From an uncultured delta proteobacterium (lineage in GTDB: Bacteria; Myxococcota_A; Polyangia; Polyangiales; Polyangiaceae), in the NCBI GenBank assembly GCA_963782055.1, contig CAWAIF010000003.1, positions 2,368,001-2,432,000 on the forward strand: DNA of 64,000 nucleotides. The letters run 5' to 3'. Below the pieces are notes generated by a model. The model had not been told where the DNA came from and made no database searches. It saw only the letters and a program-made list of their open reading frames with translations. The translations under genes were made by a program, and so were the position numbers. This document shows, one piece after another, positions 1-10,550 of this stretch. Each line of letters starts with the position of its first letter. Position 1 is the stretch's first letter.

Positions 1-418
1 GCCCGTGACTGCCGAGCACCGTCACGTCGGCGCGGAGCTGCCGCGCCACGCTGGAGATGCGGTCCGCGGGGTGGCCCTGCTCCAGCCGGGTGTCGACCGT
101 CTGCCCGGAGGCCCGCGCCGCCTGCTCCTGCAGGCGCTCGAGGTACGCGCTGGCTTCGTGCCGCGCGATCTCCCAGCCGAGGGCGTCGGTGGTGTGCGGG
201 ACGTCCTCGTGCATCGGCTGCATGACGTGCAGGAGCGTCAGGCGGCTGCCGAACGTCCGGGCCAGGAAGATGGCATACGGCAGGCCCGCTTCGGACAGAG
301 GCGAGCGATCGAGGCACACCAGGATCCGTCGGATCCCGCGCGCCTGTCGCGGAGGAGGACGAGGCTGCCGCGGCGGCGGAGCCGGGACGAGGGCAGGTGA
401 GGTGACGGTGGTGGGCAT
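1..418 (-). CDS. Universal stress protein, 3' end runs off the window
   Basis: Not in the ORF track. Manual translation from ATG at 418 gives MPTTVTSPALV...RRILVCLDRSPLSEAGLPYAIFLARTFGSRLTLLHV...QGHPADRI...ADVTVLGSHG, with typical USP motifs. Confidence 0.88.
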   Translation of the reverse strand, partial: MPTTVTSPALVPAPPPRQPRPPPRQARGIRRILVCLDRSPLSEAGLPYAIFLARTFGSRLTLLHVMQPMHEDVPHTTDALGWEIARHEASAYLERLQEQAARASGQTVDTRLEQGHPADRISSVARQLRADVTVLGSHG

Positions 419-570
419 GGGAGTGCTTCGTGCTTCAAGAACCCGGCCAACGCGGTGCGGCCTCGCACGTCCCACGCCGGGCAGGTCGCCGACCGCAGAA
501 TGGGGCCGCGCCGCCGCAAGGGGTGCAGCGCTCCAGCGACGATTGCGCGGCGCCGTGCTGCCTCATCGAA

Positions 571-915
571 TTAGCGGCCTCGCTTCGCTTTGGCCTTCTT
601 GACGCGCTCCTCGCTCCGGTGTTCGGCCTTCTTCGCGGCTTCCTTCGCGCGGTGAACGACCTTCTCGGTGGCCTCCTGCGCCGAGTGAACGACCCTGGTC
701 AGGATCTGCTTCGCGCCGTGCCGGAGCTTGTCCCCTTGTTCTTGCACCCGGTGGCCGCCCTCCCTGGCTTTCCCCTCGACCTCGGCTTTCGCGCTTCGGG
801 CAACGTCGCTGGCCGTATCGGCGACCTCCGTCAACCGCGCAGTCGCCCGGGTGGCCCGACCGGTGCTCCTGGTCGAGGTCGCGTCGGTCTTCGCGCTGAT
901 CTTGCTGGCTTTCAT
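571..915 (-). CDS. Small charged, Ala/Lys/Glu-rich helical protein (LEA/general-stress-like)
   Basis: ATG at 915 preceded by AAGGAG; MKASKISAKTD...AKEAAKKAEHRSEERVKKAKAKRGR. Confidence 0.65.
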   Translation of the reverse strand: MKASKISAKTDATSTRSTGRATRATARLTEVADTASDVARSAKAEVEGKAREGGHRVQEQGDKLRHGAKQILTRVVHSAQEATEKVVHRAKEAAKKAEHRSEERVKKAKAKRGR

Positions 916-949
916 CGTCCGACTCCTTGCCGTTCGTTCGGCGAGCCAC

Positions 950-965
950 TGCAAGCGCCAAGCCA
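950..965 (-). promoter_or_regulatory. sigma54-like -24/-12 box
   Basis: TGGCTTGGCGCTTGCA (GG-N10-GC) upstream of the 915 start. Confidence 0.55.
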
Positions 966-1076
966 CTGGCTGGCAGCGTCGTCTCGTCCGGGACGCAGGC
1001 GCGCGCGATGCGCGCGGCGCCGCGTCGACTGCGTCGGAGAAGGTCCTGGCCGCACGCCTTGCCGCCGAGGCGCCGC

Positions 1077-1092
1077 GGGCACGAGGCTTGCT
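1077..1092 (+). promoter_or_regulatory. sigma54-like -24/-12 box
   Basis: GGGCACGAGGCTTGCT, near-consensus, upstream of phosphoketolase. Confidence 0.6.
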
Positions 1093-1165
1093 GCCCAGCC
1101 CAGGACCATGATGAACCACGGCTGCGGATGGATGGGCGGCGCGTTCGCCGCGCGGCGGTGACGGG

Positions 1166-3538
1166 ATGCCTCCGACCCTCTCTCCGGACCTGCTCGAGAA
1201 GATGGACGCCTACTGGCGCGCCGCCAACTATCTGTCCGTCGGCCAGATCTATCTCCGGGAAAACCCGCTGCTGAAGCGACCGCTGAAGCTCGACGACGTG
1301 AAGCACATGCTGCTCGGACACTGGGGCACGACCCCCGGGCAGAACTTCGTCTACGTGCACCTGAACCGGATCATCCGGAAGTACGACCTCGACATGATCT
1401 ACATCTCCGGCCCCGGGCACGGCGGGCCGGCGGTCGTGGGCAACACGTACCTCGAGGGCACCTACAGCGAGGTCTACCCGGACATCAGCCAGGACGAGGC
1501 CGGGCTCCGCAGGCTCTTCCGCCAGTTCTCCTTCCCCGGCGGCATCCCGAGCCACGCATCGCCGGAGTGCCCCGGCTCGATCCACGAGGGCGGGGAGCTG
1601 GGGTACTCGCTCAGCCACGCGTTCGGCGCGGTCTTCGACAACCCGGAGCTGGTCGTCGCCTGCGTCATCGGCGATGGCGAGGCCGAGACCGGACCGCTCG
1701 CCACGGCGTGGCACTCCAACAAGTTCCTCGACGCCGCGACCGACGGCGCCGTGCTGCCCATCCTCCACCTCAACGGCTACAAGATCTCCAACCCGACGGT
1801 GCTCGCTCGCATCACGCACGAGGAGCTGGACCAGCTGCTCCGCGGCTACGGGTGGACACCCCACTTCGTCGCCGGTCACGAGCCCGCGCGGATGCACGAG
1901 GCCATGGCCACGGCGCTCGACGCGGCGGTGGAGCAGATCCGGCGGATCCAGAAGGACGCCCGCGTCCGTGGCGATCTCACCCGCCCTCGCTGGCCGATGA
2001 TCGTCCTCGATTCACCCAAGGGCTGGACCGGACCGAAGGTGGTGGACGGGCGGCAGATCGAGGGCACCTTCCGGGCGCATCAGGTCCCCATCGCGGTGTC
2101 GCCGTCGAGCCCGCCTGGACACCTCGAGCAGCTCGAGGCGTGGCTGAAGAGCTACCGGCCGGAGGAGCTCTTCGACGCGGGGGGCCGGCTGCGACCGGAG
2201 CTGGCGGAGCTCGCGCCCGCGGGCAAGCGGCGCATGGGCGCGAACCCGCACGCCAACGGCGGCATGCTCCTGCGCGACCTGCGACTCCCCGACTTCGCCG
2301 ACTACGCAGCGGACGTCCCCTCGCCGGGGGTTCGCGGCATCGGTGACACGCACGTGCTCGGGCCGTTCCTGCGCGACGTGCAGAAGCTGAACGCCGATCA
2401 GCGCAACTTCCGGGTCTTCGGCCCCGACGAGACGCTCTCCAACGGTCTGAACGCGCTCTTCGAGTCGACCAATCGCCAGTGGGACGCCGCCACCGTGCCC
2501 AGCGACGAGTTCCTCGCGCCGGAGGGGCGCGTGATGGAGATGCTCAGCGAGCACCAGTGCGAGGGCTGGCTGGAGGGCTACCTGCTCACCGGGCGCCACG
2601 GCGTCTTCAACTGCTACGAGGCGTTCATCCACATCATCGACTCGATGTTCAACCAGCACGCCAAGTGGCTGAAGGTCACCTCGCAGCTGCGGTGGCGAAG
2701 GGACATCGCCTCTCTCAACTACCTCCTGGCCTCGCACGTCTGGCGCCAGGACCACAACGGCTTCACCCACCAGGACCCCGGCTTCATCGACCACGTCGTG
2801 AACAAGAAGGCGGAGGTCGTGCGCGTGTACCTGCCGCCGGACGCCAACTGCCTGCTCTCGGTGATGGACCACTGCCTGCGCAGCCGCCAGTACGTCAACG
2901 TGGTCGTGGCGGGCAAGCACCCGGCGCCGCAGTGGCTCTCGATGGACGCGGCCATCAAGCACTGCCAGGAGGGCATCGGCATCTGGCAGTGGGCCAGCAA
3001 CGATCAGGCCGTCACCCCCGACGTCGTCATGGCGTGCTGCGGCGACGTGCCCACGCTGGAGACGCTCGCCGCCGTGTCCATCATGCGCGAGCACCTCCCG
3101 GAGCTGAAGATCCGCGTGGTCAACGTCGTGGACCTCATGAGGCTGCAGCCGCCGTCGGAGCACCCGCACGGGCTCCCCGACAAGGACTTCGACGAGCTCT
3201 TCACCCGGGACAAGCCGGTCATCTTCGCCTTCCACGCGTACCCCTGGCTGATCCACCGGTTGACCTACCGCCGCACCAACCACGGCAACATCCACGTCCG
3301 CGGGTACAAGGAGGAGGGCACCGTCACCACGCCCTTCGACATGACCGTGCTCAACGATCTGGACCGCTTCCATCTCGTGATGGACGCCATCGATCGCCTC
3401 CCGCAGACCGGCGACCGGGGCATCTACCTGAAGCAGCAGCTCAAGGACAAGCTGATCGAGCACAGGCGATACATCGACGAGAACGGCGAGGACATGCCGG
3501 AGATTCGTGACTGGAAGTGGGGCGACCACACGCGATGA
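1166..3538 (+). CDS. xfp: Phosphoketolase (xylulose-5-P/fructose-6-P)
   Basis: 790 aa; [34 protein letters not shown]-binding [22 protein letters not shown]. Confidence 0.97.
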   Translation: MPPTLSPDLLEKMDAYWRAANYLSVGQIYLRENPLLKRPLKLDDVKHMLLGHWGTTPGQNFVYVHLNRIIRKYDLDMIYISGPGHGGPAVVGNTYLEGTYSEVYPDISQDEAGLRRLFRQFSFPGGIPSHASPECPGSIHEGGELGYSLSHAFGAVFDNPELVVACVIGDGEAETGPLATAWHSNKFLDAATDGAVLPILHLNGYKISNPTVLARITHEELDQLLRGYGWTPHFVAGHEPARMHEAMATALDAAVEQIRRIQKDARVRGDLTRPRWPMIVLDSPKGWTGPKVVDGRQIEGTFRAHQVPIAVSPSSPPGHLEQLEAWLKSYRPEELFDAGGRLRPELAELAPAGKRRMGANPHANGGMLLRDLRLPDFADYAADVPSPGVRGIGDTHVLGPFLRDVQKLNADQRNFRVFGPDETLSNGLNALFESTNRQWDAATVPSDEFLAPEGRVMEMLSEHQCEGWLEGYLLTGRHGVFNCYEAFIHIIDSMFNQHAKWLKVTSQLRWRRDIASLNYLLASHVWRQDHNGFTHQDPGFIDHVVNKKAEVVRVYLPPDANCLLSVMDHCLRSRQYVNVVVAGKHPAPQWLSMDAAIKHCQEGIGIWQWASNDQAVTPDVVMACCGDVPTLETLAAVSIMREHLPELKIRVVNVVDLMRLQPPSEHPHGLPDKDFDELFTRDKPVIFAFHAYPWLIHRLTYRRTNHGNIHVRGYKEEGTVTTPFDMTVLNDLDRFHLVMDAIDRLPQTGDRGIYLKQQLKDKLIEHRRYIDENGEDMPEIRDWKWGDHTR

Positions 3539-3580
3539 GGCCCGCCCGGGAACGGCCGACGGGGCCCACCCCCGCCGCGT

Positions 3581-4474
3581 TCACTTCTCGAGTCGCTTGC
3601 GTATCGCCTCGAGCTCCCGCCGGTGCTTCGCTGTGGGCGAGGGGTATTGCATCTCGAGCCCCTTGAAGAGCTCGACCAGGAGGTCGGCCACGATCAGCCG
3701 CGCGTTCTCCTTGTCGTCGGCGGGCACGACGTACCAGGGCGCCTCCTTGGTGCTCGTCGCGCCGAGGCACTCCTCGTAGGCGATCTTGTAGCGGTCCCAG
3801 AACTTCCTCTCCTCCACGTCGGCGAGGCTGAGCTTCCAGTTCTTGTCGGGATCGTCGATGCGCGCGAGGAAGCGCTTCCGCTGTTCCTCCTTCGAGAGGT
3901 GGAGGAAGACCTTGACGATGCGCGTGCCGTTGCGGTGAAGGTGGCGCTCCAGGTCCACGATGGAGCGATACCGCCCCTCCCAGACGGTCTTCGGGTCGAG
4001 CAGCGCGTCGGGGAGCCCCTCGGTGCGCAGGATCTCCGGGTGCACCCGTACGATCAGCACCTCCTCGTAGTAGGAGCGGTTGAAGATGCCGATGCGGCCG
4101 CGCTCCGGCAGCGAGCGCGTGGTTCGCCACAGAAAGTCGTGCTCGAGCTCGGTGGCGCTGGGGTGCTTGAAGCTGAAGACCTGGCAGCCCTGCGGATTGA
4201 CGCCGGACATCACGTGCCGGATGGCGCCATCCTTGCCGGCCGCGTCCATCGCCTGGAGGATGAGCAGCACCGCGTAGCGATTGGACGCGTAGTGGAGGCG
4301 CTGCAGCGCGGCGAGCTCGTCCACCTGCTCCTCGAGGCGTTTCTTGTACGCCTTCTTCGACGTGTAGACGGGCTTCACCAGCGTGGGCCAGTCGTCCAGG
4401 GTGACCGTCCTTCCCGGGGGCACACGGAAGTCGTCGGCGTCGATCTTCTTCTTCTTCTTCTTCTTCTTCGTCAT
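3581..4474 (-). CDS. ppk2: Polyphosphate kinase 2 family protein
   Basis: [11 protein letters not shown]alker [29 protein letters not shown]; start overlaps the ATPase stop (ATGA). Confidence 0.95.
   Translation of the reverse strand: MTKKKKKKKKIDADDFRVPPGRTVTLDDWPTLVKPVYTSKKAYKKRLEEQVDELAALQRLHYASNRYAVLLILQAMDAAGKDGAIRHVMSGVNPQGCQVFSFKHPSATELEHDFLWRTTRSLPERGRIGIFNRSYYEEVLIVRVHPEILRTEGLPDALLDPKTVWEGRYRSIVDLERHLHRNGTRIVKVFLHLSKEEQRKRFLARIDDPDKNWKLSLADVEERKFWDRYKIAYEECLGATSTKEAPWYVVPADDKENARLIVADLLVELFKGLEMQYPSPTAKHRRELEAIRKRLEK
4445..4468 (-). repeat. (AAG)8 trinucleotide repeat encoding poly-Lys at the PPK2 N-terminus
   Basis: (ctt)8 on the + strand; [12 protein letters not shown]. Confidence 0.9.
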
Positions 4475-7167
4475 GGCCGGACCTTGCTGGCGCCGTTGCG
4501 CTTGCGCACCTCGCGCTCCGCCTGCGCCCAGTCATCCTCCGCGTTGCCCTGGCGGCGTCCACCTTGCTCGTACAGCTCGTACGCCCGCGTGGCGATCTCG
4601 GGCCGAAGATCGCCTGCGTTCCTGGCCAGCAGAGGCGCCTTCGTGGGGTCGAAGATGCGGTAGGCGAGGAGCTTCACGCGGTCATTCACGAGGAACCAGA
4701 CGAGCGCATAGCCCCAGACGAAGAGCGCCCAGTGCCAGCCGACCGGCGTCATGAACAGGCCGTACACCGCCATGAGCGTCGCCAGCGCCTGCGTGCCGAC
4801 GACCGCGCCCAGCAGCAGCCACGCGGGCCGGATGGACCAGAAGGGACCGCGCGTGCGCGTCAGGAAGATCGTCAGGTGCCCGGCGACCGAGAGCTTCAGG
4901 TACATCAGCGTCTGGACGTGGGCGCGGTCGAGGTGGAAGACGCGCTCGCCCAGGTAGAACAGGCCGAAGGCGGCCACGACGCCCGTGACGCCGAGCACCG
5001 TGGAGATGCCCAGCACCAGGCGCATGTTCCACGCCTCCGGCTTGTCCTTGTAGTGAACGTCGTCGTACGCGATGGACAGGATCGCGCCGTCGTTGAGCAG
5101 CGCCAGGATCACGATCATCACCGCGGTGACCGGGTAGAAGTTGAACACCAGGATCGCCAGCGTCATGAAGAGCAGCACGCGCAGCGTCTCGGCGATGCGG
5201 TACATCGCGTAGCTGTTCATCCGCTGGAATATCTTCCGGCTCTCCTTGATCGCGAGGTTGATGACCGACAGGCCCGGTGCCAGCAGCACGATGGAAGCCG
5301 CAGCGCGCGCGGCGTCCGTCGCGCCGGATACCGCGATGCCGCAGTCCGCCTTCTTCAGCGCCGGGGCGTCGTTCACCCCGTCGCCGGTCATGCCGACGAT
5401 GTGACCGCGCTGCTGCAGGACGTCCACGATGTGGAACTTGTGCTCGGGAAAGACCTGGGCGAAGCCGTCCGCCTTGTCGATGGCCTCCGCGGCCTGCGCC
5501 GTCTCGTGGTGCTTCGTGTCGCCGAGGCCGCTGGCGTCCAGGATGTTGGTGCCCAGCCCGAGCTGCTTCGCCATCTCCCGGGCGATCGCGAGCTGATCCC
5601 CCGTCACCATCTTCACCTTGACGCCCATCTTCCCGGCGCTGGCGATCGTGGCCTTGGCCTGGTCGCGCGGCGGGTCGAAGAGCGGCAACACGCCGACGAA
5701 CTTCCACTTCCCCTCCTCGTCGGCGCGCGCCACGCCCAGCGAACGGAAGCCGCGCCCGGCGAAGGCGTTGACGGCCCCGTCCACCGCGGGCTTCACCTCG
5801 CCGGAGTCGGTCGCCATCTCCAGGATCACCTGCGGCGCCCCCTTGGCCACCTCGAACGGCTTGCCGTCGCCGCCCTTGACGGTGGCCTCGGTCCGCTTGT
5901 GCACCGGGTCGAAGGGCTGGAAGTGGACCACCTCGTAGTCCTTCAGCGCCCCAACGTCCTTCAGCCCGCCGATCACCGCGAGGTCGATGGTGTCCTTGTC
6001 CTCCGCGCGCGAGGCCAGCGCGGCGTCCAGGACTACTTGATCGGGGGCGATCCCGTCGACGCAGAACGGATCGCCGAGCGTCAGCTTGTTCTGCGTCAGC
6101 GTCCCGGTCTTGTCCGAGCACAAGACGTCCACGCCCGCGAGCTCCTCGATCGCCGACAGTCGCGTGACGATCGCCTGCTCCGTGGCCAGGACGCGCGCGC
6201 CCACCGCCATGGTCACCGAGAGGACCGTGGGCATGGCCACGGGGATCGCGGCCACGAGCAGCACCAGGGCGAACTGCAAGGTCGTCAGGACGGGGTCGCC
6301 GCGGAAGAGGGCGACGGTGACGATGACCACGACCAAGGCGACCGCGAGGACGATCAGGTAGTCGCCGATCTTCAGCACGGCGCGCTGGAAGTGACTGACT
6401 GTCCTCGCCTCGCTCACCAGCTGCGCGGTCTTGCCGAAGTAGGTCCGCTCGCCGGTGGCGTAGACCATCGCCTCCACCTCGCCGCGGCGGATGATCGACC
6501 CGGAGAACAGGGCCTCGCCCGCCTTGCGGTCCCTGGGCAACGACTCCCCGGTGAGCGCGGACTCGTCCACCTGCACCGGGTCGCCCGGCAGCAACCGGGC
6601 GTCCGCCGGCACGATGTCGCCCAGACAGATGCGGATCACGTCGCCCGGCACCAGATCGCGCGCCGCCGGGTTGCTCCACTTCCCGTCGCGCTTCACCGTG
6701 GCCTTGATCGCCAGCTTGGCCTTGAGCGCGGCGATGGCGTTGCCCGCCTGGCGCTCCTCCCAGAACCCGACCGCCGCGTTGGACACGAGCAAGAGGAGGA
6801 TGATGCCGAAGTCCAGCCAGTGCTGGACGACCGCCGACAGGACGACAGCGCCCTCGATCATCCACGGAATGGGGCCCCAGAAGTAGGAGAGGAGCTTCAG
6901 GAAGAGGTTCTGCTTCTTCTCCTGGATCTCGTTGGGACCGTACTCGGTGAGGCGCTTCTGCGCCTCCGCCTGGGTGAGACCGTCCGGCGTGGACTTCAGC
7001 CTGGTCTGGAGCTCCGGCATCGGCACCGACTTCAGGTCGCCGCCGGGGCCCGCCTTCGACCCCGCCTTGGACCCTCGCTTCGACCCCGGCGTGGGGCTGG
7101 AGATCCCGGGATGATGCGTGCTGGTGTCCATGCTCATTCGCGTCGTGGACTTCGACGCAAGCGCCAT
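4471..7167 (-). CDS. P-type H+-exporting ATPase (P3A/Pma1-like) with C-terminal DUF2934-like domain
   Basis: [53 protein letters not shown]; tail [31 protein letters not shown]. Start may be a few codons downstream. Confidence 0.93.
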   Translation of the reverse strand: MALASKSTTRMSMDTSTHHPGISSPTPGSKRGSKAGSKAGPGGDLKSVPMPELQTRLKSTPDGLTQAEAQKRLTEYGPNEIQEKKQNLFLKLLSYFWGPIPWMIEGAVVLSAVVQHWLDFGIILLLLVSNAAVGFWEERQAGNAIAALKAKLAIKATVKRDGKWSNPAARDLVPGDVIRICLGDIVPADARLLPGDPVQVDESALTGESLPRDRKAGEALFSGSIIRRGEVEAMVYATGERTYFGKTAQLVSEARTVSHFQRAVLKIGDYLIVLAVALVVVIVTVALFRGDPVLTTLQFALVLLVAAIPVAMPTVLSVTMAVGARVLATEQAIVTRLSAIEELAGVDVLCSDKTGTLTQNKLTLGDPFCVDGIAPDQVVLDAALASRAEDKDTIDLAVIGGLKDVGALKDYEVVHFQPFDPVHKRTEATVKGGDGKPFEVAKGAPQVILEMATDSGEVKPAVDGAVNAFAGRGFRSLGVARADEEGKWKFVGVLPLFDPPRDQAKATIASAGKMGVKVKMVTGDQLAIAREMAKQLGLGTNILDASGLGDTKHHETAQAAEAIDKADGFAQVFPEHKFHIVDVLQQRGHIVGMTGDGVNDAPALKKADCGIAVSGATDAARAAASIVLLAPGLSVINLAIKESRKIFQRMNSYAMYRIAETLRVLLFMTLAILVFNFYPVTAVMIVILALLNDGAILSIAYDDVHYKDKPEAWNMRLVLGISTVLGVTGVVAAFGLFYLGERVFHLDRAHVQTLMYLKLSVAGHLTIFLTRTRGPFWSIRPAWLLLGAVVGTQALATLMAVYGLFMTPVGWHWALFVWGYALVWFLVNDRVKLLAYRIFDPTKAPLLARNAGDLRPEIATRAYELYEQGGRRQGNAEDDWAQAEREVRKRNGASKVRP

Positions 7168-7358
7168 GCCCCCGGCCCCGCGGAGACTCGGACGGCGCCG
7201 CGCGCGGCGTGGACACTGCGGGACTGCGGAACGCCTTGCGCCGCGTGCGCCGCGCTTGCGTAGCCGTGCGGCTCGCGCGCCCGTCGCGCCGCGCCGCCGC
7301 CCGACGATCTTCCGCGGGCTCGGCCCCGGCAGGGCGGCAAGGCGTGCGGCGGTCGCGG

Positions 7359-7374
7359 TGGCACTCCGTCTGCA
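7359..7374 (+). promoter_or_regulatory. sigma54-like -24/-12 box
   Basis: TGGCACTCCGTCTGCA, 11 nt before ATG at 7386. Confidence 0.55.
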
Positions 7375-7385
7375 TTGCGGGAGGC

Positions 7386-7742
7386 ATGCGCGTCCTGCTC
7401 GCCTACCCCGAGTTCCCGACGACGTACTGGGGCTTTCAGCACAGTCTGGCTCTCCTCGGAAAACGGGCGATGCTGCCGCCGCTGGGCCTCATCTCGGTGG
7501 CCGCGCTCTTGCCGCGCGAGTGGGAGGTGCGGCTGGTGGACCTGAACGTGGAGCCGCTGCGAGGCGACGACCTGGGCTGGGCGGACGTGGCCGAGGAGGT
7601 GGTGCTGCCGCGCCTCGCCAGCGCGCTGCAGCAGCTCGGCGTCCGGCCAGGCGCGCCCGCGCGCCGCGGCGTCGCGCTGCCGGTGTTTGCCGCGAGCTCG
7701 GCGGGGCCTCCCCGCGAGCGCAGGCTCGCGTCCGCGGGGTGA
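7386..7742 (+). pseudogene. Internally deleted B12-binding radical SAM gene (DUF4070/HpnP-like group)
   Basis: MRVLLAYPEFPTTYWGF...PPLGLISVAALLPREWEVRLVDLNVEPL...WADV is the typical N-terminus, but the ORF is only 118 aa and has no CxxxCxxC. Confidence 0.75.
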
Positions 7743-7744
7743 CC

Positions 7745-8047
7745 ATGTCACGGCTCGCCATGACCGCCGCCCACCGGCTGGGCAAGGAAGAGGCCGCGCG
7801 GCGGCTGAAGGGCAAGCTGAGCGTCATGCTCGAGCGCTACGGGCACCACGCGAGCGACCTACACGAAACCTGGCAGGACGGCACGCTGTCCTTCGACTTC
7901 ACCACGACTGGCATGAAGGTGAAGGGGACGATGGCCGTCGAAGACAGCCAGGTACGCCTCGCCGCCGAGGTGCCCTTTGCCCTCGTGCTCTTCAAGCACC
8001 GGATCGAGAAGCGTATCCGCGCGGAGCTGGGCGGCCTCCTCTCGTGA
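7745..8047 (+). CDS. Polyhydroxyalkanoic acid system family protein (PHA_gran_rgn-like)
   Basis: 100 aa; HRLGKEEAARRL...WQDGTLSF...VKGTMAVEDSQVRL...PFALVLFKHRIEKRIRAEL. Confidence 0.75.
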   Translation: MSRLAMTAAHRLGKEEAARRLKGKLSVMLERYGHHASDLHETWQDGTLSFDFTTTGMKVKGTMAVEDSQVRLAAEVPFALVLFKHRIEKRIRAELGGLLS

Positions 8048-8147
8048 GGGCGCTGCGCGCCGTGCACGTATTGCGGAAGACCGCTCCTGTTGCACCCTCC
8101 GTCGCCGCGGCAGTACCCCGCGAACCGGGCTGCACGACGAGACCATC

Positions 8148-8163
8148 TGGCCTGGCCGATGCA
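8148..8163 (+). promoter_or_regulatory. sigma54-like -24/-12 box
   Basis: TGGCCTGGCCGATGCA upstream of 8182. Confidence 0.45.
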
Positions 8164-8181
8164 CGATCTGGCGGCAGCGCC

Positions 8182-10044
8182 ATGAGCACCCGTCTCCCGA
8201 AGATTCGCTGGTGGGGAGCTGCGCTCCGCGTGGGGGCGCTGCTCGCCGGCATCTTCATCACGTACCTGTACGTGATGAACGTGCTTCTGCTGACCGGACT
8301 CGTCCGGATCGCGGTCAACCGGATCTCGCCCGATGACCTGCACGTCGACTACCGGGTCGCGTACTCGCCCTCCTTCCTGCGGGTGCACACGACCGGCCTG
8401 GCCCTGCGCGGGGAGAGCGACTCGGTGCAGTGGTCGATCACCGCGGACCGCGCGAACGCCAGCTTCGGCCCGCTCGACTTCTTCTCGCGTCGCGTCAGCT
8501 TGCACGACGCGCGGGCGCGAGGCGTCACGACGCGCATCCGCTTCAAGGTCGCGCCCGCGGACGCCACGCGCGACTACGTGGCGTGGTTGCCGCCGATCGC
8601 GGGGTTCGCGGACCCGCCGCTGAAGGCCGCCGCTGCGCCGCCGCCGCCGGACGAGCCGTACCGCTCGTGGACGGTCCAGGTGAAGGACGTGATCGTCGAC
8701 GACGTCCGCGAAGTGTGGGTCGACACGGTCCGGGTGTCCGACCGGGACGGCCGCGCGGCGGGCAGCTTCCGTCTGGAGCCGGGACGGCGCTTCCTCCTCG
8801 GACCGACCGACGTCCGCACCGAGGACGCCACCGTGGCGAACGGCAAGGAGGTGATCACGAGCAACCTCCGCGGGAGCTTCGCGCTGCGCATCAGCGACTT
8901 CGACGTGAGGGACGTCCACGGTGTCGATGTGCTCCGGCACGTGGACGGGAAGGCGACGGCGCGCTCCACCGTCGGGAACCTGCACGTCTTCGACCGCTGG
9001 CTGCGCCCGTCGCACGTGGCGATCGCCGGGAGTGGAGGCCCGACGTGGTTCGCCGTGGAGCTGAACCACGGTCGGATCGTCGCGGGCAGCCGCGCGTGGT
9101 TCCGGGCCGAGAGCTGGAGCCTCTGGTCGGGCCACGACGGGGTGGCCGGCACCTCGGTCGTGCGCGCGGTCGTGCCTGACGGCCATCCTCGCCTCGCGAT
9201 CACCACCGAGACGTACGGCCTGAGCGTTCACCGGGACGAAGCCGAGGTGGTCCAGGCGCCGTCCGTCACCGCGTCGGTCGAGCTCGACAACGTGGACCTG
9301 ACCCGCCCGTTCGATCGGTGGTCAGCGTCGATCGACGTGCCCGCCGCGGCCGTGAAGGATCTGCGGACCCTCGATCGCTACCTCCACGAGCCGCGGCTCC
9401 TCGGCGGCTCGGCCAGGCTGAGGCTGCACGCCGATCTCACTCCACAGCTCGCGAGCGGACACGCTCATGTCGATGTGTCCGGCGCGTCCGTCACGGTCGG
9501 CAAGAGCCGTGTGACGGCGAGCGGCACGGCCGACGCGACCTTGCACGCCCTCGACCTTCACACCTGGAAGGGCGATCTCGCAGGCGCGCGCCTGAACCTT
9601 CAGGGCGTGTCCGCCGCGGGCGAGCGTGGTTGGTGGATCAACCTCGCCGCCAACCCGCTGTCCATCACGCTGGAGCACGGTCTCGGCGTGTCGGGCACCG
9701 TGAGCGGCAAGTGCCGGGACGCGCAGCTCCCGCTCGCCATGCTGGGCGCTCCGGGCATCGTGCGGGGGGTCTTCGGCTCGGACGGCTTCACCTTGAGCAC
9801 GGGCTTCCGCTTCTCGAGCGGTGTCACCGATCTCTCCGATCTGCGATTCATCGGCGGAAGCGTGGACGTGAGGGCCCACTATCGCGCAGGCGACGGCGCG
9901 GTGTTCGTCGACACGCCGCTCGTCAACGTGGGGCTGCTCATCCATGCGGGCGAGACCTCGACCCACCTGTTCGTCACGCGCGACTGGTATGCGCGGACGC
10001 TCGGCGCCCGGCCGTCAACGCGCGGACGAGGTGGGCCCGCCTGA
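8182..10044 (+). CDS. Membrane-anchored beta-rich protein (AsmA/TamB-like architecture)
   Basis: N-terminal TM segment followed by ~580 aa of amphipathic beta-strand pattern; family assignment is inference. Confidence 0.6.
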   Translation: MSTRLPKIRWWGAALRVGALLAGIFITYLYVMNVLLLTGLVRIAVNRISPDDLHVDYRVAYSPSFLRVHTTGLALRGESDSVQWSITADRANASFGPLDFFSRRVSLHDARARGVTTRIRFKVAPADATRDYVAWLPPIAGFADPPLKAAAAPPPPDEPYRSWTVQVKDVIVDDVREVWVDTVRVSDRDGRAAGSFRLEPGRRFLLGPTDVRTEDATVANGKEVITSNLRGSFALRISDFDVRDVHGVDVLRHVDGKATARSTVGNLHVFDRWLRPSHVAIAGSGGPTWFAVELNHGRIVAGSRAWFRAESWSLWSGHDGVAGTSVVRAVVPDGHPRLAITTETYGLSVHRDEAEVVQAPSVTASVELDNVDLTRPFDRWSASIDVPAAAVKDLRTLDRYLHEPRLLGGSARLRLHADLTPQLASGHAHVDVSGASVTVGKSRVTASGTADATLHALDLHTWKGDLAGARLNLQGVSAAGERGWWINLAANPLSITLEHGLGVSGTVSGKCRDAQLPLAMLGAPGIVRGVFGSDGFTLSTGFRFSSGVTDLSDLRFIGGSVDVRAHYRAGDGAVFVDTPLVNVGLLIHAGETSTHLFVTRDWYARTLGARPSTRGRGGPA

Positions 10045-10116
10045 GCTGCGCCGACTTTCCGGACTTGACGGCGTGATCCATGGTGGAGCCGGCGGCGCGC
10101 GTACATGTGGGTACGC

Positions 10117-10132
10117 TGGCGCGGTCCATGCT
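10117..10132 (+). promoter_or_regulatory. sigma54-like -24/-12 box
   Basis: TGGCGCGGTCCATGCT upstream of 10163. Confidence 0.5.
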
Positions 10133-10162
10133 TCGTCCTGGGCAAAGGAAGTGAGGCACATC

Positions 10163-10429
10163 ATGTCCATCATTGGCTGGATCATTCTCGGGCTGCTCGC
10201 GGGGTTCATCGCGAGCAAGATCGTGAACAGGACCGGCGAGGGCGTGTTCCTCGACATCGTGCTCGGTATCGTGGGCGCGATGGCGGGTGGGTTCGCCTTC
10301 AGCCTCATCGGCACCGCGGGCGTCACCGGGTTCAACCTCTGGAGCCTGTTCGTCGCGGTCATCGGCGCCGTGCTCGTGCTCGGCATCTACCACGCGTTCA
10401 CCGGCTTCCATCACCACAGAACCGCGTGA
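10163..10429 (+). CDS. GlsB/YeaQ/YmgE family stress-response membrane protein
   Basis: MSIIGWIILGLLAGFIASKIV...DIVLGIVGA...GFNLWSLFVAVIGAVLVL. Confidence 0.92.
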   Translation: MSIIGWIILGLLAGFIASKIVNRTGEGVFLDIVLGIVGAMAGGFAFSLIGTAGVTGFNLWSLFVAVIGAVLVLGIYHAFTGFHHHRTA

Positions 10430-10550
10430 TGGGGTCGCGGACCCCGGGCCGCCACCGTGTGGCGTCGCCCCGGGGTCGCAGCCGCCGCGCGGAGAGGGGC
10501 CGTGGCTGACGTACGCATGACACTGCCAGAGGGCGTTGTCGGCGCGCGGC

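Noticed and set aside
1046..1063. Second sigma54-like box TGGCCGCACGCCTTGC upstream of xfp
   Set aside because: GG-to-GC spacing is 11 nt rather than the required 10.
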